Positions 44,277 through 53,753 of a DNA stretch of 64,000 bases are shown here, in pieces. The notes beneath the pieces were generated by a model that was not told the origin of the DNA, searched no databases, and saw nothing but the letters and a program-made list of their open reading frames with translations. The position numbers were made by a program, and so were the translations under genes. Position 1 is the stretch's first letter; each line of letters opens with the position of its first letter. The stretch comes from Polaromonas sp. (GTDB taxonomy: Bacteria; Pseudomonadota; Gammaproteobacteria; Burkholderiales; Burkholderiaceae_C). The stretch is taken from assembly GCA_013823635.1 (NCBI GenBank), contig PNML01000005.1:1742-65741 (forward strand), written 5' to 3'.

Positions 44277-46082
44277 TCAGCGGGCGGGCTGTGCCCACCA
44301 CGTGTCCAGGGCCCAGACCTCGGGATTCTGGGTGTACGGTGGCACGGCAGCGGGACGCGCGAGGCGCCACGCGTTGTAGGCCATGCGGTGCGTGCCCGCC
44401 GACCACTGGGGGATGAGGTAGTGGCTGTGGACGATGACGCGTTCCAGCGCACGGCACGCGGGCAGCAGTTGCTGCTGGGTGCGCGCTGCGGTCATGGCCG
44501 CGATGAGCGCGTCCACCGCCGGGCTGCGCACGCCGGCAAAATTGCCGGAGTCTTCGGTGTCGGCGGCCTGGCTGCCAAACAGGTCGGCGTACTCCTGCCC
44601 GGGGTTGTGTGTGCCGCCGTAGGCCATGCTGGTGAGGTCAAAGTCGAACTTTTGCAGCCGCTGCTGGTACAGCGCAAAGTCCACCGGCCGAAACCGCAGG
44701 GTGATGCCCAGCTTTTCCAGGTTGCGCATCCAGGGCGTGACCGTGCGGGCGCCCGCTTCGTTGCTGTCCAGGTATTCCAGCACCATGGCCACCCCGTCGG
44801 CGTTGCGCAGGGCGCCGTCGCGGTACGCCCAGCCTGCCTCGTTGAGCAGGCGTTTGGCGGCCAGCAGGTTGCCCCGCAGGCTGTGTTCACCGTCGGTGCG
44901 GGGCGGTTGGCCCATGGGGCCAAACACCGCCTCGGGGAGCTGGGCGCGCCAGGGCTCGAGCAGGGCCAGCTCTTCAGGTGAGGGCTTGCCGCTGGCCGCG
45001 CAGTCGGTGTGGCCGAACAGACCGTTCACGCGCTGGTAGGCGTTGTAGAACATCTGCCGGTTCATCCACTCGTAGTCCAGCGCCAGGCCCAGGGCCTGAC
45101 GCACCCGCACGTCCTGCAACGGTGGGCGTCGGGTGTTGAGCACGTAGCTTTGAAAGCCTGTGGGCAAGCGGTGACTCAGCTCGACCTTGACGAGTTCGCC
45201 GGTGTTGAACTTCTTGCCGGTGACGCGCCGCGCCCAGTCACCGGCCGAGAAAAACCGCATCAGGTCAAATTCCCCGGCCTTGAGCGCCTCCAGCCTGGCG
45301 GTGTTGTCGCGGTAGATTTTGACCGTCACGGTGTCGAAGTTGGCCGTGCCCACGCGCACGTTCAGGTGGCGGGCCCAGTAGGCGGGGTCACGCACGTAGG
45401 TGATGTCCTTGCCAAACCGCACCGGGCCGATGCGGTAGGGGCCGCTGCCGATGGGCTGGTCCATCACCACCTCGTTGAAGGGTTTGCCCTCCCCCCATTG
45501 GTGGCTGAACACGGGCAAGCCGCCCACCGTCAGGGGCAGTTCCCGGTTGGGTTTTTTGAAACGAAAACGCACCACCCGTTCACCCAGCACGTCCACGCCC
45601 GCCACGTCGGCCAACAGCGTTTTGTACGACGGCGAGGTGTGCGGGCCCACCAAGGTGTCGTGGCTGTGCTTCACATCCTTGGCCAGCACCGGTGCGCCGT
45701 TGTGAAAGCGCGCCTCGGGCCGCAGGACAAAGGTGGCACTCAGGCCATCGGGCGCCACCGTCACGTCCTGCGCCAGCAGGCCATAGCCTGCCGCTGTTTC
45801 GTCCAGGGAGCCGGTGAGCAGCGAGTCGAACATCAGGCCAGACAGGTAGGCAGGAGCCGAGCCTTTGATGGTGAAGGGGTTGTACTTGTCAAACGTGGAC
45901 AGGCGCAAATTGCTCACCAGGCGGATGTCGCCTCCCTTGGGGGCCTGCGGATTGACGTAATCAAAGTGGCTGAAGCCGGGCGGGTACTTCAACTGCCCCC
46001 AGAGGGCGTAGCCGTGGGCGGCCCATGCCGGGGTGCCCAGCAGCAACCCGCAGCAAAACATGAAAACGGTTGAAAAACGCAT
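44277..46082 (-). CDS. yejA: extracellular solute-binding protein family 5 (YejA-type)
   Basis: Signal peptide [21 protein letters not shown]; about 600 aa. First gene of the yejABEF cluster. Confidence 0.8.
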   Translation of the reverse strand: MRFSTVFMFCCGLLLGTPAWAAHGYALWGQLKYPPGFSHFDYVNPQAPKGGDIRLVSNLRLSTFDKYNPFTIKGSAPAYLSGLMFDSLLTGSLDETAAGYGLLAQDVTVAPDGLSATFVLRPEARFHNGAPVLAKDVKHSHDTLVGPHTSPSYKTLLADVAGVDVLGERVVRFRFKKPNRELPLTVGGLPVFSHQWGEGKPFNEVVMDQPIGSGPYRIGPVRFGKDITYVRDPAYWARHLNVRVGTANFDTVTVKIYRDNTARLEALKAGEFDLMRFFSAGDWARRVTGKKFNTGELVKVELSHRLPTGFQSYVLNTRRPPLQDVRVRQALGLALDYEWMNRQMFYNAYQRVNGLFGHTDCAASGKPSPEELALLEPWRAQLPEAVFGPMGQPPRTDGEHSLRGNLLAAKRLLNEAGWAYRDGALRNADGVAMVLEYLDSNEAGARTVTPWMRNLEKLGITLRFRPVDFALYQQRLQKFDFDLTSMAYGGTHNPGQEYADLFGSQAADTEDSGNFAGVRSPAVDALIAAMTAARTQQQLLPACRALERVIVHSHYLIPQWSAGTHRMAYNAWRLARPAAVPPYTQNPEVWALDTWWAQPAR

Positions 46083-46162
46083 GCGACAATTCTGCCCACT
46101 TTCGGATCGGCCTCCCGGCCAACCAGCCTTCATCCTCACTTTCACGCAGAACGAGACACCCC

Positions 46163-46957
46163 ATGGGATTTCTTACCGGTAAAAAACTGCTCATCACGGG
46201 CCTGATTTCCAACCGTTCCATCGCCTATGGCGTGGCCAAAGCCTGCCACGAACAGGGGGCTGAGCTGGCATTCAGCTACGTGGGCGAGCGCTTCAAGGAC
46301 CGGATCACCGAATTCGCGGCCGAGTTCAACTCCTCGCTGATTTTTGATTGCGACGTCGGCAGCGACGAGCAAATCGAGCGCCTGTTTGCCGACCTGGCCA
46401 CCCACTGGCCGCAATTCGACGGGTTTGTGCACAGCATTGGTTTTGCGCCCCGCGAAGCCATTGCCGGCGATTTTCTCGACGGCCTGACCCGCGAAAATTT
46501 CCGCATCGCCCACGACATCAGCGCCTACAGCTTCCCCGCCATGGCCAAGGCCGCCCTGCCCCTGCTCAGCCCCAAGGCCGCGCTGCTGACCATGACCTAC
46601 CTGGGCGCCAACCGCACCATTCCCCACTACAACACCATGGGCCTGGCCAAGGCCAGCCTGGAGGCCTCGGTGCGCTACCTGGCCGAAAACCTGGGCCCAC
46701 GCGGCGTGCGGGTCAACGCCATCAGCGCCGGTCCCATCAAAACACTGGCCGCCAGCGGCATCAAGGACTTCGGCAAGCTGCTCTCCATGGGCGCTGCGGC
46801 TGCTCCGCTGCGCCGCAACGTGACCATTGAAGAGGTGGGCAACGTGGCCGCCTTCCTGCTGAGCGATCTGGCCGCAGGCATGACCGCCGAAATCACCTAC
46901 GTGGACGGCGGTTTCAACGCCTCGGCCGGGGTCAGCAAAGACAGCGCTGGCGTCTGA
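46163..46957 (+). CDS. fabI: enoyl-ACP reductase (NADH) FabI
   Basis: [13 protein letters not shown] at the N-terminus and the catalytic Tyr/Lys context [13 protein letters not shown]. Confidence 0.9.
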   Translation: MGFLTGKKLLITGLISNRSIAYGVAKACHEQGAELAFSYVGERFKDRITEFAAEFNSSLIFDCDVGSDEQIERLFADLATHWPQFDGFVHSIGFAPREAIAGDFLDGLTRENFRIAHDISAYSFPAMAKAALPLLSPKAALLTMTYLGANRTIPHYNTMGLAKASLEASVRYLAENLGPRGVRVNAISAGPIKTLAASGIKDFGKLLSMGAAAAPLRRNVTIEEVGNVAAFLLSDLAAGMTAEITYVDGGFNASAGVSKDSAGV

Positions 46958-46958
46958 T

Positions 46959-47009
46959 TTATCGGTATTTTTGACATCTAGCGCCTGCGTTTATTGAATA
47001 GTCAGCTAT
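46959..47009 (-). repeat. AT-rich 51-nt dispersed repeat, copy D (fabI/ligase spacer)
   Basis: Reverse complement reads ATAGCTGAC tattcaataaacgc AGGCGCTA gatgtca AAAATACCGATAA. It ends 9 nt before the ligase ATG. Confidence 0.8.
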
Positions 47010-47018
47010 TCATTTTTT

Positions 47019-47855
47019 ATGCAAGCGTTGCCCAGGCGCCTGTGGTTGATGTGGGCCAGTGTGGCCTGTGCATCGGCATGGGCCGGGCCACCCGCCCTGA
47101 TGCTGGCCAACGTGTACCGGCCGTCGCTGGACTTGGACGCCTATTGGGTCAGCGAGAAATACGACGGGGTGCGTGGCTACTGGGACGGTGAGCGCCTGTT
47201 CACCCGGGGCGGCGAGGCCATTGGCGCGCCCGCCTGGTTCACCCAGGGCTGGCCCACCACGCCGCTGGATGGTGAACTCTGGGGCGGTCGGGGCCAGTTC
47301 GCCCGAACGGTGTCCACCGTGAAGTCCCAACGCTCCGACGACGGTGCCTGGCGGCAGCTGCGTTTCATGGTGTTTGACCTGCCGGCCCACGAAGGCAGCT
47401 TCACCGAGCGGCTGCAAGCCCTGGCGCCGCTGGTGTCGGCCCTGGGGCAACCGTGGGTCCAGCCGGTCAGGCAGTGGCGTGTGTCACACCACGCTGAACT
47501 CAACGCCCAGCTCCAGCGCCTGGTCAAAGCCGGTGCCGAAGGCCTGATGCTGCACCGGGGAGACTCCCTCTACCGCGCCGTGCGCAGCGACGACCTGGTC
47601 AAGCTCAAAACCCACGACGATGCCGAGGCCACGGTGCTGGCCCACCTGCCAGGCCAGGGCAAACACGCGGGCCGACTGGGGGCCCTGTGGGTGGAAACGC
47701 CGCACGGCGTCCGATTCAAACTGGGCACGGGGTTCACCGACGCACAGCGCGAACACCCGCCCGCCGTGGGCAGCGTGGTCACCTACCGCTACCGGGGGCT
47801 GAACGACAGCGGTGTGCCGCGGTTTGCCAGCTTCCTGCGGGTGCGCCCGGATTGA
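47019..47855 (+). CDS. minimal ATP-dependent DNA ligase with signal peptide (Lig E type)
   Basis: Signal peptide MQALPRRLWLMWASVACASAWA and adenylation motif I EKYDGVRG. Nucleotidyltransferase plus OB domains only; 278 aa. Confidence 0.8.
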   Translation: MQALPRRLWLMWASVACASAWAGPPALMLANVYRPSLDLDAYWVSEKYDGVRGYWDGERLFTRGGEAIGAPAWFTQGWPTTPLDGELWGGRGQFARTVSTVKSQRSDDGAWRQLRFMVFDLPAHEGSFTERLQALAPLVSALGQPWVQPVRQWRVSHHAELNAQLQRLVKAGAEGLMLHRGDSLYRAVRSDDLVKLKTHDDAEATVLAHLPGQGKHAGRLGALWVETPHGVRFKLGTGFTDAQREHPPAVGSVVTYRYRGLNDSGVPRFASFLRVRPD

Positions 47856-47875
47856 TGCACACCCCCGGCGGGGGG

Positions 47876-50167
47876 TCAACCTTGCTTCACGCAGTCGGCG
47901 AAGTAGCTCTTCTTGCCGTCGGCATCCACCACCTCCACCAGGCCATGGATGTCGGTCTCAAAGCCCGGGCACTGGCCGTTGAACTCGCGCGAGAACTTGA
48001 GGTAGTCCACGATCTTGCGGTTGAACACCTCACCCGGAATCAGCAGGGGAATGCCCGGTGGGTAAGGCGTGACCAGGCTGGTGGTGATGCGGCCTTCCAG
48101 GTCGTCCACGGGCACCCGCTCGGTGGTGCGGTGTGCGATGTGCGAAAACGCGTCGCTGGGCTTCATGGCCGGGGTCAGGTCGCTCAGGTACATCTCCGTG
48201 GTCAGGCGGGCGATGTCGTACTTGGCATACAGGGTGTGGACATGCTGGCACAGGTCGCGCAACCCCATCTTTTCGTAGCGGGGGTGCTTCTGGCAAAACT
48301 CCGGCAGGATGCGCCACAGCGGCTGGTTGCGGTCGTAATCGTCCTTGAACTGCTGCAGCGCGGTCAGCAGCGTGTTCCACCGGCCCTTGGTGATGCCGAT
48401 GGTGAACAGGATGAAAAAGCTGTACAGCCCTGTTTTCTCCACCACCACCCCGTGTTCGGCCAAAAACTTGGTCACGATGCTGGCGGGAATGCCGGTGTCG
48501 GCAAAGCTGCCGTCAATGTCCAGCCCTGGGGTGACGATGGTGGCCTTGATGGGGTCCAGCATGTTGAAGCCAGGGGCCATGTCGCCAAAGCCGTGCCAGG
48601 TTTTGACCGCGGCGGCCTCTTCGCTCATGCCTTCGGTGCGTTTGAGCACCCAGTCGCTGGCCAGGCCAATGCCCTCTTCGGCCAGCTCCTGCGGCCCCCA
48701 GACCTTGAACCACCATTCGTCATCACCGAACTCTTCGTCCACCTTGCGCATGGCGCGGCGGAAGTCCAGTGCTTCCAGGATGCTCTCTTCCACCAAGGCC
48801 CGGCCACCCGGGGGCTCCATCATGGCGGCGGCCACGTCGCAGCTGGCGATGATGGCGTACTGCGGGCTGGTGCTGGTGTGCATCAGGTAGGACTCGTTGA
48901 ACAGGTGGCGGTCGAGCGGCGTGCTTTGCGAGTCTTGCACCAGCACATGGCTGGCCTGGCTGATGCCCGCCAGCAGCTTGTGGATGGATTGGGTGGCGTA
49001 CACCACCGACTCTTTTGGCCGCGCACGCTTTTTCCCCATGGCATGGTAGCTCCCATAAAAGGAGTGAAAAGCGGCGTGTGGAATCCAGGCCTCGTCAAAG
49101 TGCAGGTTGGCCACGTAGCCATCCAGCATGCCCTTGATGGTCTCGGTGTTGTAGAGCACACCGTCGTAGGTGGACTGGGTGAGCGTCAGGATGCGCGGCT
49201 TGACCTGCTCGGCGTCCACACCCGCGAGCAAGGGGTTGGCCCGGATCTTGGCCTGTATGGCCTCTATCTCGAATTCGCTCTGCGGAATGGGGCCAATGAT
49301 GCCGTAGTGGTTGCGTGTGGGCTTCAGGAACACCGGCACGGCACCGGTCATGATGATGCTGTGCAGGATGGACTTGTGGCAGTTGCGGTCCACCACCACC
49401 ACATCGCCCGGCGCCACGGTGTGGTGCCACACCATTTTGTTGCTGGTGCTGGTGCCGTTGGTGACAAAAAAGCAGTGGTCGGCGTTGAAGATGCGCGCCG
49501 CGTTGCGCTCAGACGCACCAATGGCACCGTTGTGGTCCAGCAGTTGCCCCAGTTCTTCCACCGCGTTGCACACGTCGGCACGCAGCATGTTTTCGCCGTA
49601 AAACTGGTGGTACATCTGGCCCACGGGGCTCTTCAGAAACGCGACGCCACCCGAATGGCCCGGGCAGTGCCAGCTGTAGGAGCCGTCTTCGGCGTAGTCC
49701 AGCAGTGCCTTGAAAAACGGCGGCTGAATGCCCTCCAGGTAGCTCTTGGCCTCGCGGATGATGTGGCGGGCCACAAACTCCGGCGTGTCCTCGAACATGT
49801 GGATGAAGCCGTGCAGCTCCCGCAGGATGTCGTTGGGCAGGTGACGGCTGGTTTTGGTTTCGCCGTAGATGTAGATGGGCACGTCGGCGTTTTTCCAGCG
49901 CACCTCTTCAATGAAGGTCCGCAGGCTCACCACCACGGGGTCCACATCGGGACCAGCGGTGAATTCTTCATCGTCAATCGACAGAATGAACGCGCTGGCC
50001 CGCGACTGCTGCTGGGCAAATTGGGACAGGTCGCCGTAGGTCGTCACGCCCAGCACCTCGAAGCCTTCGGACTCAATGGCTTGCGCCAACGCACGGATGC
50101 CCAGGCCAGACGTGTTTTCGGAGCGGTAGTCTTCGTCGATGATGACGATGGGGAAGCGAAATTTCAT
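47876..50167 (-). CDS. Orn/Lys/Arg decarboxylase, fold-type I (LdcC/AdiA/SpeC family)
   Basis: 763 aa with an N-terminal wing domain (MKFRFPIVIIDEDY) and the PLP-lysine motif YATQSIHKLL. Confidence 0.85.
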   Translation of the reverse strand: MKFRFPIVIIDEDYRSENTSGLGIRALAQAIESEGFEVLGVTTYGDLSQFAQQQSRASAFILSIDDEEFTAGPDVDPVVVSLRTFIEEVRWKNADVPIYIYGETKTSRHLPNDILRELHGFIHMFEDTPEFVARHIIREAKSYLEGIQPPFFKALLDYAEDGSYSWHCPGHSGGVAFLKSPVGQMYHQFYGENMLRADVCNAVEELGQLLDHNGAIGASERNAARIFNADHCFFVTNGTSTSNKMVWHHTVAPGDVVVVDRNCHKSILHSIIMTGAVPVFLKPTRNHYGIIGPIPQSEFEIEAIQAKIRANPLLAGVDAEQVKPRILTLTQSTYDGVLYNTETIKGMLDGYVANLHFDEAWIPHAAFHSFYGSYHAMGKKRARPKESVVYATQSIHKLLAGISQASHVLVQDSQSTPLDRHLFNESYLMHTSTSPQYAIIASCDVAAAMMEPPGGRALVEESILEALDFRRAMRKVDEEFGDDEWWFKVWGPQELAEEGIGLASDWVLKRTEGMSEEAAAVKTWHGFGDMAPGFNMLDPIKATIVTPGLDIDGSFADTGIPASIVTKFLAEHGVVVEKTGLYSFFILFTIGITKGRWNTLLTALQQFKDDYDRNQPLWRILPEFCQKHPRYEKMGLRDLCQHVHTLYAKYDIARLTTEMYLSDLTPAMKPSDAFSHIAHRTTERVPVDDLEGRITTSLVTPYPPGIPLLIPGEVFNRKIVDYLKFSREFNGQCPGFETDIHGLVEVVDADGKKSYFADCVKQG

Positions 50168-50304
50168 GGCATGGCCCAGGTGGCGAGGTCAGACGGACAA
50201 CAAGGTGCGGAAAAAGAAAGCGCGAAGTGTACGGAAATAATGTGGCCATGGTTCCCCGGCAGCGGAGTGGCCCACAATCAAGCCCATGCTAAATCACGCG
50301 GAGG

Positions 50305-50745
50305 GTGCACATGTCTGATTCAACCATCTGGTGGATGCTGGCCGGGCTGGCCATCACGGCCGAGCTGCTCACGGGCACCTTCCACCTGCTGATGCTGGCG
50401 CTGGGCTTGGCCGCTGGGGCGCTGGCGGCCCACTTGGGGCTGCCGGTCACCGGCCAGCTGGTGTGTGGGGCCGTGGTGGGGGGCGGCGCGGTGGCGATGT
50501 TGCAGCGGGTTCGCCCCCGGCCGCAGAGCAGCTTGCCCCACCAGGCGAATGCCGATGTCAACCTCGACATCGGACAAACGCTGCACGTTGCCCGTTGGGA
50601 ATCCGGCGGCACGACCCAAGCCCAGTACCGTGGGGCACTCTGGACCATAGAGCTGATGCCCGGCGACGCCCAGCAGCCCCCGTCCGCCGGGCTCTACCGC
50701 ATCCGCGAGGTCGAAGGCAACCGCTTGCGCGTCAGCCCGGTCTGA
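50305..50745 (+). CDS. NfeD-family membrane protein
   Basis: N-terminal TM helices plus a C-terminal OB-like domain (ALWTIELMPGD...YRIREVEGNRLRV). It lies immediately upstream of an SPFH gene. Confidence 0.7.
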   Translation: MHMSDSTIWWMLAGLAITAELLTGTFHLLMLALGLAAGALAAHLGLPVTGQLVCGAVVGGGAVAMLQRVRPRPQSSLPHQANADVNLDIGQTLHVARWESGGTTQAQYRGALWTIELMPGDAQQPPSAGLYRIREVEGNRLRVSPV

Positions 50746-50799
50746 AGCCGCTTCACCCCCTCACCCAATCCTTTCACCACGTTTCACGGGAGCCCCGCC

Positions 50800-51726
50800 A
50801 TGGAAGTCGCCATTTTTCTGTTCGTCATTGCCCTGATCTTCATCATCAAGTCCATCAAGATCGTTCCCCAGCAAAACGCCTGGGTCCGGGAACGGCTGGG
50901 CAAATACGCCGGCACACTCACGCCGGGTCTCAACTTTCTGGTGCCGTTCATTGACGTCGTGGCCTACAAACACTCACTGAAAGAAATACCGCTGGATGTG
51001 CCCAGCCAGGTGTGCATCACCAAAGACAACACCCAGCTGCAGGTGGACGGCATTCTGTATTTCCAGGTGACCGATCCCATGCGGGCCAGCTATGGCTCAT
51101 CCAACTATGTGCACGCCATCACACAACTGGCCCAGACCACGCTGCGCTCGGTCATCGGCAAGCTGGAGTTGGACCGCACGTTTGAGGAGCGTGACATCCT
51201 CAATGCCCAGGTGGTGGCGGCCATTGACGAAGCGGCGTTGAACTGGGGGGTGAAGGTGCTGCGCTACGAGATCAAGGACCTGACGCCGCCCAAGGAAATC
51301 CTGCACGCCATGCAGCAGCAAATCACCGCTGAGCGCGAAAAACGGGCCCTCATTGCCGCCTCAGAGGGCAGGAAGCAAGAGCAAATCAACATCGCCACGG
51401 GTGAGCGGGAGGCCTTCATTGCCCGCTCCGAGGGTGAAAAGCAGGCAGCCATCAACAACGCAGAAGGCGAGGCAGCGGCCATTTTGTCGGTGGCCGAAGC
51501 GTCGGCCCAGGCCATCGAGCGCATCGCCCTGGCCATTCGTCAGCCCGGCGGGCAAGAAGCCGTGCAGCTGAAGGTGGCTGAAAAAGCCGTCGAAGCCTAC
51601 GGCCAGGTGGCGGCCGATGCCACCACCACCCTCATCGTCCCGGGGAACATGGCGGAAGTCTCGGGGCTGATCGCGTCGGCCATGAAAATGCTCCAGGGCA
51701 CCGGTGGCATTTCGGGCAAACCCTGA
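50800..51726 (+). CDS. SPFH/band-7 stomatin-like protein (QmcA/YbbK type)
   Basis: An N-terminal TM is followed by VPQQNAWVRERLGKY...LRYEIKDLTPP. Confidence 0.85.
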   Translation: MEVAIFLFVIALIFIIKSIKIVPQQNAWVRERLGKYAGTLTPGLNFLVPFIDVVAYKHSLKEIPLDVPSQVCITKDNTQLQVDGILYFQVTDPMRASYGSSNYVHAITQLAQTTLRSVIGKLELDRTFEERDILNAQVVAAIDEAALNWGVKVLRYEIKDLTPPKEILHAMQQQITAEREKRALIAASEGRKQEQINIATGEREAFIARSEGEKQAAINNAEGEAAAILSVAEASAQAIERIALAIRQPGGQEAVQLKVAEKAVEAYGQVAADATTTLIVPGNMAEVSGLIASAMKMLQGTGGISGKP

Positions 51727-51738
51727 ACTTTGTGCCCA

Positions 51739-51774
51739 TTGACATCAGAGAATGGGCTCGCGCACTGCTATAAT
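51739..51774 (+). promoter_or_regulatory. putative promoter of tRNA-Ser (extended -10 TGcTATAAT)
   Basis: TGC-TATAAT lies at 51766-51774, 12 nt before the tRNA 5' end. A TTGACA at 51739-51744 is 24 nt upstream, too far for a canonical -35. Confidence 0.45.
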
Positions 51775-51786
51775 CACAGGCTTCGC

Positions 51787-51876
<90 letters not shown>

Positions 51877-51883
51877 CGAATGT

Positions 51884-51915
51884 AGCCCAAGTGAGTGATT
51901 CACTTGGGCTTTTTC
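51884..51915 (+). terminator. Rho-independent terminator after tRNA-Ser
   Basis: An 11-bp stem AGCCCAAGTGA/TCACTTGGGCT with loop gtgat is followed by TTTT. Confidence 0.7.
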
Positions 51916-51946
51916 ATTTCTGAGCCAACCTGCCAACAGCAGGGCG

Positions 51947-51974
51947 AAAAAAAGCCACCCGAAGGTGGCTTTTT
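51947..51974. terminator. bidirectional Rho-independent terminator
   Basis: Hairpin AGCCACC-cgaa-GGTGGCT is flanked by A7 and T5. It sits between the tRNA (+) and the livJ-like gene (-). Confidence 0.75.
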
Positions 51975-51995
51975 GCTTGCGGTGAGAAACGAATC

Positions 51996-53192
51996 TCAGC
52001 GGATCACGGCCAAGGTGGTGCGGGCACCGCCCTTGTAGGTCATGAGGGTCAGGGCACCGTTCTTGATGTCGCCTTTTTCGTCAAAAGACACGGTGCCGGT
52101 CACGCCTTTGTAGCCGTTGGTGGCGGCCAGTGCTGGCAGGTACACGGCGGGGTCGGACGAGCCGGCGCGCACCATGGCGTCGGCCATGACCTTCACAGCG
52201 TCGTACACGTAGGGGGCGTACACCTGGACGTCAGAGCCGAACTTGGCTTTGAAGTCGGCGCGGAATTTCTCCATGCCCACTTTTTCTTCGCCTTCCACGC
52301 CACCGGCTTCCGCGCAGTAGACCTGGTCGTCGGACATGCCGTCACCGGCCAGCTTGGGCAGTTCGCTGGAGCAAATGCCGTCGCCGCCCATGAACTTGGC
52401 GGTGATGCCCAGTTGCTTCATCTGCTTGAGCATGGGGCCTGCAACCGCGTCCATGCCGCCAAAGAACACCACATCAGGCTTCTTGCCCTTCAGGGTGGTC
52501 AGGATGGCATTGAAGTCGGTGGCTTTGTCGTTGGTGAACTCGCGGCCCACGATCTTGCCGCCAGCGGCAGCCACGGCTTTTTCGAACTCGTCGGCTACGC
52601 CCTGGCCGTAGGCGGTGCGGTCGTCGATCACAGCCACGTTCTTGGCCTTGAGGGTGTCCACCGCGTATTTGCCCAGGGTGGAACCCAGGTGCACATCGTC
52701 AGCCACCATGCGGAAGGTGGTTTTGTAACCCTGGCGGGTGTACTTGGGGTTGGTGGCGGAAGGCGACACCTGGGGCAGACCAGCCTGGCTGTACAGCGAG
52801 GATGCTGGGATGGTGGTGCCGGAGTTCAGGTGACCGACCACGCCGTTGACTTTGGCGTCGATCAGTTTCTGTGCAGCGGCGGTACCCTGCTTGGGATCAG
52901 CTGCATCGTCTTCAGCCAACAACTCGAACTTGGCCAATTTGCCACCGATCTTCACGCCAGCGGCGTTCAGCTCGTCAATGGCCATCTTGGCGCCGTTTTC
53001 GTTGTCTTTGCCCAGGTGGGCAATGGCACCGCTGGTGGGGCCGACGTGGCCAATTTTCACCACCAAGGAGTCGGCAGCAGGGGCAGCAGCAGGAGCGGGC
53101 GCAGCGGCAGGCGCTGGAGCCTCTTCTTTCTTGCCGCAAGCGGCCAGAATGACTGCGGCAGAAATGACAGCCAGTTTCATTTTCATTTGCAT
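51996..53192 (-). CDS. branched-chain amino acid ABC transporter substrate-binding lipoprotein (LivJ/LivK-like)
   Basis: Lipobox VILAAC, an Ala/Pro linker and a type-I periplasmic binding fold (GHVGPTSGAIAHLG...). The start is among ATG 53192/53186/53180. Confidence 0.8.
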   Translation of the reverse strand: MQMKMKLAVISAAVILAACGKKEEAPAPAAAPAPAAAPAADSLVVKIGHVGPTSGAIAHLGKDNENGAKMAIDELNAAGVKIGGKLAKFELLAEDDAADPKQGTAAAQKLIDAKVNGVVGHLNSGTTIPASSLYSQAGLPQVSPSATNPKYTRQGYKTTFRMVADDVHLGSTLGKYAVDTLKAKNVAVIDDRTAYGQGVADEFEKAVAAAGGKIVGREFTNDKATDFNAILTTLKGKKPDVVFFGGMDAVAGPMLKQMKQLGITAKFMGGDGICSSELPKLAGDGMSDDQVYCAEAGGVEGEEKVGMEKFRADFKAKFGSDVQVYAPYVYDAVKVMADAMVRAGSSDPAVYLPALAATNGYKGVTGTVSFDEKGDIKNGALTLMTYKGGARTTLAVIR

Positions 53193-53268
53193 ATGTTTCC
53201 TTGAAGGAGGGTAAAGCGGGGTTAATTGAGCGGAGATGAAAAAGTCCTCCACAACGCACACGATAACC

Positions 53269-53293
53269 TAAAAATGGCGCAACTTGGTGCGCC
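53269..53293 (-). terminator. putative terminator downstream of the holC operon
   Basis: The minus strand reads GGCGCA-ccaagt-TGCGCC followed by ATTTTTA, 77 nt after the stop at 53370. Confidence 0.45.
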
Positions 53294-53369
53294 CAGACAG
53301 ACCTCCTGCAACAGCCTAGGGTAACTACCGAAGGCCATTCATGAAATCACTGTTTCATTAGCTGTCCTG

Positions 53370-53753
53370 CTATTCGGGTGTCGGTGAGCGTTGTTGAAGC
53401 GCTGCTTGCACCGCCTCCTGGACCATGGGTTGCACCAATGGCAGGAGTTCGGCGCGCAGACTTTGTATCAACAGCAACTGTTGTGCCTGGACTTGCTGCA
53501 TCACCATGGTGCGCAAATGGTCGTCCAGCGTCTGGTGCACCGTTTCACACACTTTGGCCACCCATGCAGCGGTGTCGTGCGGCGATGGCGGGGGCTCGGC
53601 GCCGACAGGCGCCCCCGACCAAACGCGATCTTCATCCAACACCGGGGTTGGAGCTGGTGACGAAGGAGGCTGCGTCACGACGGAGTGAGCCATCAGCTCT
53701 TCCGGACGCACCACATCGGTGAGCGTGGGCACAAAACGCCGCGTGGGGTTCAT
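53370..53753 (-). CDS. hypothetical protein coupled to holC
   Basis: 127-aa ORF with a Pro/Ser-rich N-half and a Gln/Leu-rich C-half. Its ATG overlaps the holC stop (ATGA). Confidence 0.5.
   Translation of the reverse strand: MNPTRRFVPTLTDVVRPEELMAHSVVTQPPSSPAPTPVLDEDRVWSGAPVGAEPPPSPHDTAAWVAKVCETVHQTLDDHLRTMVMQQVQAQQLLLIQSLRAELLPLVQPMVQEAVQAALQQRSPTPE

Noticed and set aside
47687-50392. 901-aa ORF on the plus strand
   Set aside because: It is antisense to the well-supported Orn/Lys/Arg decarboxylase. Its composition is shadow-ORF-like, and it also runs through the ligase 3' end and the nfeD 5' end in the wrong frame.
51739-51744. Perfect TTGACA upstream of tRNA-Ser as a -35 box
   Set aside because: It lies 24 nt from the TATAAT, well outside the 16-18 nt sigma70 spacer. 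The extended -10 (TGcTATAAT) is the more plausible determinant.
51877-51995. tRNA-Ser 3' end as an integration site for a genomic island
   Set aside because: No integrase is present, and there is no direct repeat of the tRNA 3' end. No foreign-looking genes lie downstream. There are only two terminators and a housekeeping-type binding protein.
53341-53404. TTAGCTGTC ... AAGCGCTG near the 3' end of the holC-coupled ORF as a repeat copy
   Set aside because: The spacing between the two blocks is about 30 nt rather than 14, and there is no AT-rich tail. I judged this a chance resemblance.
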